Positions 18,250-26,932 of a DNA stretch of 64,000 nt are shown piece after piece (the first letter of the stretch is position 1; each line of letters starts with the position of its first letter). The translations under genes and the position numbers were made by a program. This DNA comes from a virus. The stretch covers positions 12,051 to 76,050 of the IMG/VR virus record IMGVR_UViG_3300017770_000005; one strand, given 5' to 3'. The notes below the pieces were generated by a model. The model did not search any database and had not been told where the DNA came from. It worked only from the letters and a program-made list of their open reading frames with translations.

Positions 18250-18840
18250 ATGTCAGAGTCAAAGCAATTAAAACATTTCCAGGTAAGAAAAACTAATCCT
18301 CAGGGTGATTTGTTGCTTGGAACTCAGTGTGCTGACGGTGTAATTACTGGATGTGGATTTGAAGCTTTCCACCCATTACATTATCTGCATATGGATAATG
18401 ATGGAAATAGAGCAGGATGGACTTCTCTAAGAAATCCTGGTGTATTTCAGATAAAATGTGGTGATACTGTAAATGGTAGAGAACCTGGAATTGATATTCA
18501 TTGTCTCAATGGTGATATAAACTTGACAGCAGACAATGGTCGTATTAGACTGGTTGCTAGAGATATCGACATTCTAGCAAATGGTGAAACTACAGGACGT
18601 GGCCATATCAAAATAGAAGCAAACCAAGATATTAAACTTAAAGCCGATGGATCATTTGATCTAAAAGCAGAAGTTGGGTATAGACTTTTTACACCTCATG
18701 TAGGAAAGGTCGTGGCAAATACTGAACTGAAAATAGTATCAAACTTTGTTAAGGGATTGACATGTGCATCTTCAAAACTAATCGGTAAAACAGATCTCTT
18801 GAATGTCGCAGATTTCACAACATTATCATCTTATATTTAA
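18250..18840 (+). CDS. gp5 C-terminal beta-helix-like spike protein
   Basis: NGDINLTADNGRIRLVARDIDILA..GHIKIEANQDIKLKA repeats; late-type CTAAATA just upstream. Confidence 0.6.
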   Translation: MSESKQLKHFQVRKTNPQGDLLLGTQCADGVITGCGFEAFHPLHYLHMDNDGNRAGWTSLRNPGVFQIKCGDTVNGREPGIDIHCLNGDINLTADNGRIRLVARDIDILANGETTGRGHIKIEANQDIKLKADGSFDLKAEVGYRLFTPHVGKVVANTELKIVSNFVKGLTCASSKLIGKTDLLNVADFTTLSSYI

Positions 18841-18846
18841 ATAATT

Positions 18847-19680
18847 ATGGCATGGTCATTCGATGATTTAGTAATCCAACATCAACTCAATGTTGGTGCA
18901 GGTATAGTTCCATTTTTTGGATTAGGAGCTGCAAGAGTTCGTGGTGCCGCATATATTGAAGGACCAATGAATGTTGGCACACCATTTCCTCTATGTTTTG
19001 GTGCAGTTAATATTGGTCCCCTAATCAATCCCGATTCACCACCACCATTTATTCCTGGTGGGTTCTGCTATGGACCACCTGCAAACCCATTCTCGTTAGC
19101 AGTCTTGGGTAGTGTTGGTATTCTGGGTGATCTTAATGTTGCCACCAATGCAGTCGTAGGTGCTAATGTTTTAGCACAAGGCATGGTTATAGGTAGTTGT
19201 GGAAGACATGTTCTTGCACTCAAAAAAGATTTACCATTTGATATGCCTCATCCAAATAAGGATGGATGGAGATTAAGGCATGTTTGTATAGAAGGTCCAG
19301 AGATTGCTGTATATTGTAGAGGAAAGATTCCACCAAATGGTGTTATTGAACTCCCATCTTTTTGGGATGGTCTCGTCAATAAAGAAGATATGTCCATTAA
19401 CCTGACACCATTTGGAACTTGGCAAGAACTATTTGTTCAAGAGATTAGATGGGGAAAGCAAGTTATTGTAAGAAATAATCTTGGTGGACCTATTCGTGGT
19501 GATTATCATATTGTTGCCCGTAGACTAGATGATGATCTTATTGTAGAATATGAGGGTGAATCACATGAAGATTATCCTGGAGGAAACGAAGGATACTCTT
19601 TCAACTTTGAACACAACTATGTTGAAGGATTGATTAAAGACATGGTTAAAGAAAATCTAAACAACATTGAGGAAAAATAA
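18847..19680 (+). CDS. Virion structural protein with a C-terminal FDxPHP...LRHxCxEGPE domain
   Basis: FDMPHPNKDGWRLRHVCIEGPEIAVYCRG; located in the baseplate cluster. Confidence 0.6.
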   Translation: MAWSFDDLVIQHQLNVGAGIVPFFGLGAARVRGAAYIEGPMNVGTPFPLCFGAVNIGPLINPDSPPPFIPGGFCYGPPANPFSLAVLGSVGILGDLNVATNAVVGANVLAQGMVIGSCGRHVLALKKDLPFDMPHPNKDGWRLRHVCIEGPEIAVYCRGKIPPNGVIELPSFWDGLVNKEDMSINLTPFGTWQELFVQEIRWGKQVIVRNNLGGPIRGDYHIVARRLDDDLIVEYEGESHEDYPGGNEGYSFNFEHNYVEGLIKDMVKENLNNIEEK

Positions 19681-20303
19681 TGACATTTACACCAGGAAAT
19701 AGACCACCAGGTCCCGATTGCGCTGATACCGCAGTTTGGGGAGCTCCATCAACTTTAACGCAGTATATTGCAAAGATTAAAGTTGAGGGACAAGATGATT
19801 ATCCAGCAGATGCTTGCCCACCATATTATTATTCAACAGCAACGATTGACAATTTTACAATCACTGCAACGTTGGGTGTTGGTGGTCTTTTGACGGGAAC
19901 ATCTGCAGCATTTTCTGGTTTAGTTTCTGCAGGATCGTTCAGTTCAAACTCGAAAGCATTCAATATTCCACACCCATCACCAAATAAAGATGGTATTAGG
20001 TTGTGGCATGGATGCCTTGAAGGACCAGAATATGGTGTATATGTTCGTGGTAGAGTAACTAATAGAAAAGAAATTAATCTTCCTGCATATTGGAAAGACC
20101 TTGTAGATGTTAGGACAATGACTGTTTCACTAACACCTATTGGTTCCCATCAAAATGTTATTGTAAAAAGACTTGATTCTGAAAAAGTACATCTACAAGC
20201 ACAGGGTGGTATGCCAATTGATTGTTTCTACCACATTTATGGAGAACGTAAGGACATCGATCCACTGGTCATCGAGCAAGAAGAAGTTGACATGGATCCC
20301 TGA
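19680..20303 (+). CDS. Virion structural protein carrying the same domain as the preceding gene
   Basis: FNIPHPSPNKDGIRLWHGCLEGPEYGVYVRG...LPAYWKDLVD...LTPIG. Confidence 0.6.
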   Translation: MTFTPGNRPPGPDCADTAVWGAPSTLTQYIAKIKVEGQDDYPADACPPYYYSTATIDNFTITATLGVGGLLTGTSAAFSGLVSAGSFSSNSKAFNIPHPSPNKDGIRLWHGCLEGPEYGVYVRGRVTNRKEINLPAYWKDLVDVRTMTVSLTPIGSHQNVIVKRLDSEKVHLQAQGGMPIDCFYHIYGERKDIDPLVIEQEEVDMDP

Positions 20304-20315
20304 TCCTGCTATGAT
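20287..20315 (+). promoter_or_regulatory. Sigma70-type promoter upstream of the small ORF/cpeT unit
   Basis: TTGACA-17 nt-TATGAT with extended -10 TG. Confidence 0.7.
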
Positions 20316-20317
20316 AC

Positions 20318-20527
20318 GTGGGTAAACCAGGGAAAACCATGGAAGAATACGTCAATTCAGTACTAATTGATATGAGTACGAGGAAATTCACGTTATTTTC
20401 AAGTTTGGGTAATGAAAAAGTTGTTAATTGCGATAACTATGATGAATTCATGAATGTATTCAAAGTTGTTCGTGACAAAATTGATGAAGATATGATCTTC
20501 TATACAAAACCAAATGTGGCAGCATGA
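20318..20527 (+). CDS. Conserved cyanophage hypothetical protein
   Basis: ORF coupled to cpeT by an ATGA overlap; the start may be the ATG at 20339. Confidence 0.65.
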   Translation: MGKPGKTMEEYVNSVLIDMSTRKFTLFSSLGNEKVVNCDNYDEFMNVFKVVRDKIDEDMIFYTKPNVAA

Positions 20528-20982
20528 TTGAAGAGTTTGTAACAAAATTAACAGGAAAATATAATAATTTAAGTCAAGCACAATCAAGTCCCAGAGATCA
20601 CTCTCATGTTCATATTGAATGGACAAACCTTCGTGAAGGAGGTAGAATGACCATTAAACAATGGTATGATCATGAGGGAGAATCAAGTCCTTATCGTGCT
20701 CGTTGCCATAAGGTCTTGGTAAAAGATGACTCAATCGTTGTTGAAAACTGGGGCACTGATTGGACCCATAGTCCTACATTCGATATGAGGTTTACACTCA
20801 TAGATACATTCTATAAAGGTGAACTAATTTATCCAGATCCAATCATTCGTGAAACAACACTTAAAAGTTTTGTGGAATTTGATGGGTATACCTATCGTAG
20901 TATGGATCAAGGATGGAAAGGTAACAAACTTGATTGGGGTTCATTAACATATTATGAACTCCAAAAGGAAAACGGATTTTAA
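20524..20982 (+). CDS. cpeT: CpeT/CpcT-type phycobiliprotein lyase
   Basis: L.GKYNNLSQAQSSP..HSHV, KQWY...PYR, YRSMDQG...WGS motifs of T-type lyases; compact phage form. Confidence 0.85.
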   Translation: MIEEFVTKLTGKYNNLSQAQSSPRDHSHVHIEWTNLREGGRMTIKQWYDHEGESSPYRARCHKVLVKDDSIVVENWGTDWTHSPTFDMRFTLIDTFYKGELIYPDPIIRETTLKSFVEFDGYTYRSMDQGWKGNKLDWGSLTYYELQKENGF

Positions 20983-21043
20983 ATCAAAAAAATGGGGCAA
21001 AAAAATCCCCACAATTTTTTCATATGAGAGGTTTTTGAAAATT

Positions 21044-21205
21044 ATGCGACCAGAAACAAGAGAGTCAATGGAAATGCTATTTTCGGCAAAATGGAATCTT
21101 CCGAAAGCAGCAAAAAATTGTGGATTGACAGAAAAGGAAATGAAAATAACATTTAATGAATACTGCTTTTTTCACCCACCCACTTGGGAATCATCGGAAG
21201 TGTAG
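21044..21205 (+). CDS. Conserved small cyanophage protein
   Basis: MRPETRESMEMLFSAKWNLPKAAKNCGLTEKEMKITFNEYC; ATG 21044 preferred over the ORF-track start. Confidence 0.7.
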   Translation: MRPETRESMEMLFSAKWNLPKAAKNCGLTEKEMKITFNEYCFFHPPTWESSEV

Positions 21206-21288
21206 CTCAATTGGCAGAGCGAGAAGCTTATACCTTCTGTATGCACCAGATTAGTGCGCGGTTGTGGGTTCGAGTCCCACCACTTCCA
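21196..21288 (+). tRNA. tRNA-Ile(UAU) with a long variable region
   Basis: Acceptor GGAAGTG/CACTTCC+A; D arm GCTC-AATTGGCA-GAGC; anticodon arm AGAAG-CTTATAC-CTTCT; T arm GTGGG-TTCGAGT-CCCAC; 25-nt variable region. Confidence 0.88.
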
Positions 21289-21312
21289 TAAAATTATTAC
21301 TATAATTATATT

Positions 21313-21320
21313 GATAAATA
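21313..21320 (+). promoter_or_regulatory. Late-type promoter (GATAAATA) ahead of the structural block
   Basis: ATAAATA core about 30 nt upstream of 21350; similar cores lie before 7257, 18250, 30995, 38478, 43302, 45496, 53083 and 54931. Confidence 0.6.
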
Positions 21321-21349
21321 GACCTATAGGAATTTAACGCGTTAATACA

Positions 21350-24300
21350 ATGGGTCTTAGTCGTCTGGATAATTTTCTAAAGAGTACTAAAGGTGAGATT
21401 CTTTATGTAGATCCTTCAAGTTTGGATTCTACTGATAGTATCGAAAATAAAGGTAACTCTTTAGCAAGACCATTTAAAACAATCCAAAGAGCACTGCTAG
21501 AGGCATCTCGTTTCTCCTACCAAGCAGGAGAAAATAATGATAGATTTGGTAAAACTACCATTCTACTCTATCCTGGTGAGCACATAGTAGATAATAGACC
21601 AGGATGGATACCAATCCAAGATCAAGTACCAAATACATATAGACTTAGGTCTGGTACAACTTCTGATGATTTTCCACCATTAGATGTAAACAGTAATTTT
21701 GATTTAGATAGTCCTAATAATGCATTATATAAACTTAATAGTGTTCATGGTGGTGTCATCATCCCTAGAGGCACATCATTAGTTGGTCTTGACCTTAGAA
21801 AGACCAAGATTATTCCCAAATATGTTCCAAATCCAGAGAATGATCAGATTGCAAGATCTGCAATTTTCCGTGTAACTGGTGCATGTTATATGTGGCAGTT
21901 CTCCATCTTTGATGGTGATCAGACTGGTACGGTATATAAAGACTATACAACTAACGCATTTGTTCCCAACTTCTCACACCATAAACTAACAGTATTTGAA
22001 TATGCTGATGGTGTAAATCCAGTAACTATCAATGATGACTTCTTAGTCTATACTGATACAAATACTGACCTTGAGATGTATTATCAAAAGGTTGGTTTTG
22101 CATATGGTAAACCATCTGGAAGAGAAGTTTCACCAGACTACCCTTCTGATACTCTAGATATTGAACCAAAGGTTGATGAATATCGTATTGTTGGTTCTAC
22201 TGGTGCTGAAGTAGGAATTACTAGTATTAAGTCTGGTGATGGTGCTCTTGCCACGACAGAGATTACAGTTACATTAGAGAACTCAGTTCCTGGTCTAGAT
22301 GTAAATACCCCAATTCGTATTCAAGGTATTGCTGATCAGGGTTATGATGGTCTGTTTGCTGTATTTGAAGTTCTATCACCAACAGAGGTGAAATATCAAG
22401 TATCTGTCCCACCAAATAATCCACTACCAGCATCAACTTCAGGTGCAACTCTGAATATTTCTGTCGATACTGTTACATCTGCATCACCATACATCTTTAA
22501 CATCTCACTGAGATCCGTTTTTGGTATGTGTGGTCTCCATGCAGATGGATCTAAGGCAACTGGATTCAAGTCCATGGTTCTAGCTCAATTCACGGGAATT
22601 GGACTTCAAAAAGATGATAATGCCTTTGTTAAGTATAATCCAACTACTGGATTATATGAAGGAACTCTTGCTGCAGGAAATGAGAACATTCATACAGATT
22701 CTGATGCTAGATTTAAACCAGAATATGAAAACTTCCATATCAAGTGTAGCAACAATTCACTTCTACAGATTGTTTCTGTCTTCGCAATTGGTTTCAACAA
22801 TCACTTCTTACTAGAGTCTGGTGGTGACGCATCTATCACCAACTCCAACTCTAACTTTGGAGCAAAAGCTCTTGTTTCTAGAGGTTTCAGACCAGATGCC
22901 TTCCCAAGAGACGACATTGGTTATATTTCACATATAGTTGCACCAAAAGAAATTGAGTCTGTTAAGGCAGGTATCGAATTCCTAGGTATTGATGTAGGTG
23001 TTTCTACTGCTGTAGGTATTGCAACAACTAGCAAATTATTCCTATATGAAGAAAATAACTTCGATATTCCACCAGCAACAGTTATTGATGGATATCGTGT
23101 TGGTTCTAATAAAGATGAAGCACTAAAAGTTCTCCTTGCAGAAGGAAACGAAATTACAACTTACCACTCTAAAGTTGTAATGCCTAATACAGAAGGCACT
23201 AGTGATGAAAAGATATCTGAAAAAATTCATAAAGTTAAACAAACTGCTGGTGTAAATGTTATTGTATCAAATACATTTACTCTTGTAGGAAATCATAGTT
23301 TCCTAAATGGAGAAACAGTTAGAATTATTAGTGAAAATGGTGGACTACCTGATGGTGTTGAAGAGGAAAGAGTATATTATGTAATTACTACAGCAATTGC
23401 TCCTAATCCAGCACTTGGAGCAAATCAACTAAAACTTGCTGCAACTCTAAATGATGCAAACAATGATATCCCAATTACTCTCAACAATACTGGTGGTATT
23501 CTCAATATTGTAAGTAGAGTATCTGATAAATCTGCTGGAGATCTTGGGCACCCAGTTCAATGGGATGGATTAAAAAGTCAGTGGTATATTAATGTATCAA
23601 CTGGTAGTACGGGAGCAAGCATTTATAAGCAACTTTATGATAGAGGTGTTGCAGAATTGGGTGAAACGACTCCAAGAACATTTGTACTCAGAAAACCAAC
23701 TGATAGAAACATTGAAGCAAGCATCTATAAGATGCGTTATGTTCTACCAAAAGATTCCCCAACATTGGGTAGACCTCCTGTTGATGGATTTATTATCCAA
23801 GAGTCAAACAACGTTGATGGTGTTTCTAACAGTGAAGTCGAAAAGTATCTAAGTTTTGATAGTCAAACACTATCAAACTCAACCGAGTTTAGAAACTTTA
23901 AGTTTATTGCAGATGCTGAGTGGAGTTCTGTTGATAGTAAAGCAACAATCAGAACAGAAATGCCGCATAATTTGACTGCTGGTTCTGAAGTAGAAATCAC
24001 TAACACATTTAGTGGATTTAATACTACAGGAAGAATAAATTCAGGATTTAATGGTACATTTATTGTAGATAGTATTGTATCAAGAAAAGAATTTAAAGTT
24101 AATATTTTAACAAATCCAGGTGATCTTACAAGTGATACATCCATTCGCAATCAAGATCTTCCAAAAGTTAAGAAGAAAAAGCACGATGGCACATTTGTTG
24201 TATATAAGTCGGACGAAGTTCAACGGTATGTGCAAAATGAGCAGGATGGTGTATATCACCTAACTGTCGTTAACTCATCAAATACACCAAATGTTGCACC

Positions 24301-26911
24301 ATTTACTGGTGTAAAACTATCACAACCTCTTGATAACTTATATCCAGAGTATGATAGAGACAATCCAAACCCTGATCCAGATCCTTCAAGATGTTTTGCT
24401 GTTGCTGATCCTATCGGTAAGGTTGTTATTGATGATCCAGAAAAGAGTATTACTAAAGAAACAATAATCTCTGCTCTAGAAAATCACGGTGTTGGCATTG
24501 CAATTACGGATATTATTTCTGATGATGAACTTCAGGGTTACAGACATACAGTCTTCACTTCCAGTGATCATGGACTAAACAGAGTTGTAGAAGTTGAGAT
24601 TGTTGATCCAGGAACCAGTTATGGATCTGGTATTGGTGTAACCGAAAACCTTTATAACGCAGAACTAATTGGGTATGGTGGATCAATCACTGGTGAAAAA
24701 GCAACTGCAAGAGTTCAGGTATCATCTGCTGGTACACTTGCGAGTATTGAAATTGTTGATGGTGGTTCTGCATATGGTGTAGGAAACACTATGTCTGTTG
24801 TTGGTATTGCCACAACAACGGGACACCTTTCAGGATCTGTAAGAGTAACTAAAGTCTACAGTAACGTCGGTGATTCTATCAGTATTGAAAGAGTTAGTAA
24901 TCTTTATAAAGGATATAATACTACATATCAAATTAATGATATTAGTGTTGGAGAAATTAATAGTTTTGATGTAGTTTCTTCAACTCCTGTGGGTATTGGT
25001 TCTACAATCAGTGGAATTGGTCAATTAAATGCAATAGATGCATTTGCATATCTAAACGGACCAGCATTTAATATCACAGGTGCTAATTTCACTCCAGCGA
25101 CTGGTATTGCTACATTTACTACGGGTCTCAATCCTCATGGATTGCAAGTTAACGATAAGATTTATATTGGTGGTGCAACAGGAAATAGTGAACACTTTAA
25201 TGGTGAATTCTTAATTCGGAGAGTTGATTCTCTCATTGATCTTGTTGTCAACGTTGGAGTTTCAACATTAGCAGCAATTACTCTTGGTGGATCTCCTGCA
25301 CTATATCCAACTACTTTGGGTGCTAAAGGTGGAGAAATTACTAGAGGTGATGAAAGTTTTAGTAGTAGACTTTCAATTCCATATGGTAATCTTTATGGAA
25401 GTCTTGCATTGGCAATGACGAAACTTGATTCTACAATGAATATTACCGATCTAGATGGTTTAGATCTAGATATTGGTGACTTTATTCTTGTCGATAGTGA
25501 AATCATGAGGGTCAAGCAAACTGTGACTGGGAATCCAGTTCAGGTTTATAGAGGTCTCTTAGGAACACAGGCAGATGCACATATTAGTGGATCAGCATTT
25601 AGAAGAATTGATGCAAAACCAGTAGAACTAAGAAGACATTCTATTATTCGTGCTTCTGGTCATACGTTTGAATATCTTGGTTATGGTCCTGGCAACTACT
25701 CTACTGCATTCCCAGATCGTCATGATCGTCAACTAAGTGCATCAGAAGAAGTTCTTTCCCAATCATTCCAAGAAGAAGGTGGATTTGTTGTTTACACTGG
25801 CATGAACAGTGATGGTGACTTCTATATCTCCAATAAGAGAGTCATTACTACCGCAGGTGATGAAGAAGTATTCTCCACACCACGTCCAAGATTTAGGGGT
25901 GAATCTAAGCAGATTCCAGATACTAAACTAGGATTTAATGTTATTAAAGCATCTGAAGTTAATGTCTCCGATGCTGTAAGAGTTGATGGTGGTGATAGTA
26001 AAACTACTATTTCACAGTTTGATGGTCCACTTCTTGTTAATAACAAACTTACCGTTACTTCAAACAAAGGACTAGAATCACCAAGTCTATTCTTACAAGG
26101 TAATGAGACGGTTTCTAGAAAGTATACTGTAGGTGTTACCCAACCAGCATCTTCTGTAGAACTTGTCGGAGAAGGTGCAGGAAACCCAGGTGATATTATC
26201 TTCAACGGCAACCCATTCAGAGGTCAAAATGCTGGTTGGTGCTACACAACTGACAATGATTGGTATCCTTGGGGTGCTATTTCCAATAAAACAGATAGAT
26301 TCGAGATTGGTGGATACTTCATCGGTACATTTACTGGTGATGGTGCTGGTCTCTATGACGTGTCTGATATTTGGCAAATTGATGCTACTGGTATTCACAC
26401 CACTCGTAATGTAGGTTTTGGTTCTACAAATAGTTCCAAACCAGACATTGCCATGTACGTTCAAGGCAATGCAGAAATCAGAGGCACCATGAAGGTGTTT
26501 GAAATCATTGAAAATACTACCCTAGATAATGCTACAGTTATTGGTATTGGTACTACAGTTATTGAAGTTGACTTGGATAGATCTTCTATCTACTACTTCA
26601 CACAAGATGCTGGTGCTAACTGGGCAGTGAACATGAGAGCACGTGCAGGACTCGCATTGACTGAATTCCTAGAAGTTAGTGAGTCTATTACACTTGCTAT
26701 CACTACGAAACAGGGTCCGACACCATACTATAATGATGAAGTTTATATTGATGATATCAGAATGTCTCCAAGATACTATGGTTCATTGGCTATAAATACT
26801 GGAAATGCAAACAGTTTAGATCTATATACATATGTGTTGGTCAGGAAATCTAATACTGGTGATCCAGTAGTTGACTTTGATGTTCTATACTCACAATCTC
26901 AATATCAATAA
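21350..26911 (+). CDS. Large virion structural / tail-fibre-associated protein
   Basis: MGLSRLDNFLKS..GNSLARPFKTIQRAL N-terminus typical of cyanomyovirus structural proteins; beta-rich repeats; 1853 aa. Confidence 0.8.
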   Translation: MGLSRLDNFLKSTKGEILYVDPSSLDSTDSIENKGNSLARPFKTIQRALLEASRFSYQAGENNDRFGKTTILLYPGEHIVDNRPGWIPIQDQVPNTYRLRSGTTSDDFPPLDVNSNFDLDSPNNALYKLNSVHGGVIIPRGTSLVGLDLRKTKIIPKYVPNPENDQIARSAIFRVTGACYMWQFSIFDGDQTGTVYKDYTTNAFVPNFSHHKLTVFEYADGVNPVTINDDFLVYTDTNTDLEMYYQKVGFAYGKPSGREVSPDYPSDTLDIEPKVDEYRIVGSTGAEVGITSIKSGDGALATTEITVTLENSVPGLDVNTPIRIQGIADQGYDGLFAVFEVLSPTEVKYQVSVPPNNPLPASTSGATLNISVDTVTSASPYIFNISLRSVFGMCGLHADGSKATGFKSMVLAQFTGIGLQKDDNAFVKYNPTTGLYEGTLAAGNENIHTDSDARFKPEYENFHIKCSNNSLLQIVSVFAIGFNNHFLLESGGDASITNSNSNFGAKALVSRGFRPDAFPRDDIGYISHIVAPKEIESVKAGIEFLGIDVGVSTAVGIATTSKLFLYEENNFDIPPATVIDGYRVGSNKDEALKVLLAEGNEITTYHSKVVMPNTEGTSDEKISEKIHKVKQTAGVNVIVSNTFTLVGNHSFLNGETVRIISENGGLPDGVEEERVYYVITTAIAPNPALGANQLKLAATLNDANNDIPITLNNTGGILNIVSRVSDKSAGDLGHPVQWDGLKSQWYINVSTGSTGASIYKQLYDRGVAELGETTPRTFVLRKPTDRNIEASIYKMRYVLPKDSPTLGRPPVDGFIIQESNNVDGVSNSEVEKYLSFDSQTLSNSTEFRNFKFIADAEWSSVDSKATIRTEMPHNLTAGSEVEITNTFSGFNTTGRINSGFNGTFIVDSIVSRKEFKVNILTNPGDLTSDTSIRNQDLPKVKKKKHDGTFVVYKSDEVQRYVQNEQDGVYHLTVVNSSNTPNVAPFTGVKLSQPLDNLYPEYDRDNPNPDPDPSRCFAVADPIGKVVIDDPEKSITKETIISALENHGVGIAITDIISDDELQGYRHTVFTSSDHGLNRVVEVEIVDPGTSYGSGIGVTENLYNAELIGYGGSITGEKATARVQVSSAGTLASIEIVDGGSAYGVGNTMSVVGIATTTGHLSGSVRVTKVYSNVGDSISIERVSNLYKGYNTTYQINDISVGEINSFDVVSSTPVGIGSTISGIGQLNAIDAFAYLNGPAFNITGANFTPATGIATFTTGLNPHGLQVNDKIYIGGATGNSEHFNGEFLIRRVDSLIDLVVNVGVSTLAAITLGGSPALYPTTLGAKGGEITRGDESFSSRLSIPYGNLYGSLALAMTKLDSTMNITDLDGLDLDIGDFILVDSEIMRVKQTVTGNPVQVYRGLLGTQADAHISGSAFRRIDAKPVELRRHSIIRASGHTFEYLGYGPGNYSTAFPDRHDRQLSASEEVLSQSFQEEGGFVVYTGMNSDGDFYISNKRVITTAGDEEVFSTPRPRFRGESKQIPDTKLGFNVIKASEVNVSDAVRVDGGDSKTTISQFDGPLLVNNKLTVTSNKGLESPSLFLQGNETVSRKYTVGVTQPASSVELVGEGAGNPGDIIFNGNPFRGQNAGWCYTTDNDWYPWGAISNKTDRFEIGGYFIGTFTGDGAGLYDVSDIWQIDATGIHTTRNVGFGSTNSSKPDIAMYVQGNAEIRGTMKVFEIIENTTLDNATVIGIGTTVIEVDLDRSSIYYFTQDAGANWAVNMRARAGLALTEFLEVSESITLAITTKQGPTPYYNDEVYIDDIRMSPRYYGSLAINTGNANSLDLYTYVLVRKSNTGDPVVDFDVLYSQSQYQ

Positions 26912-26932
26912 TATATTCGGAGGATTATATAA

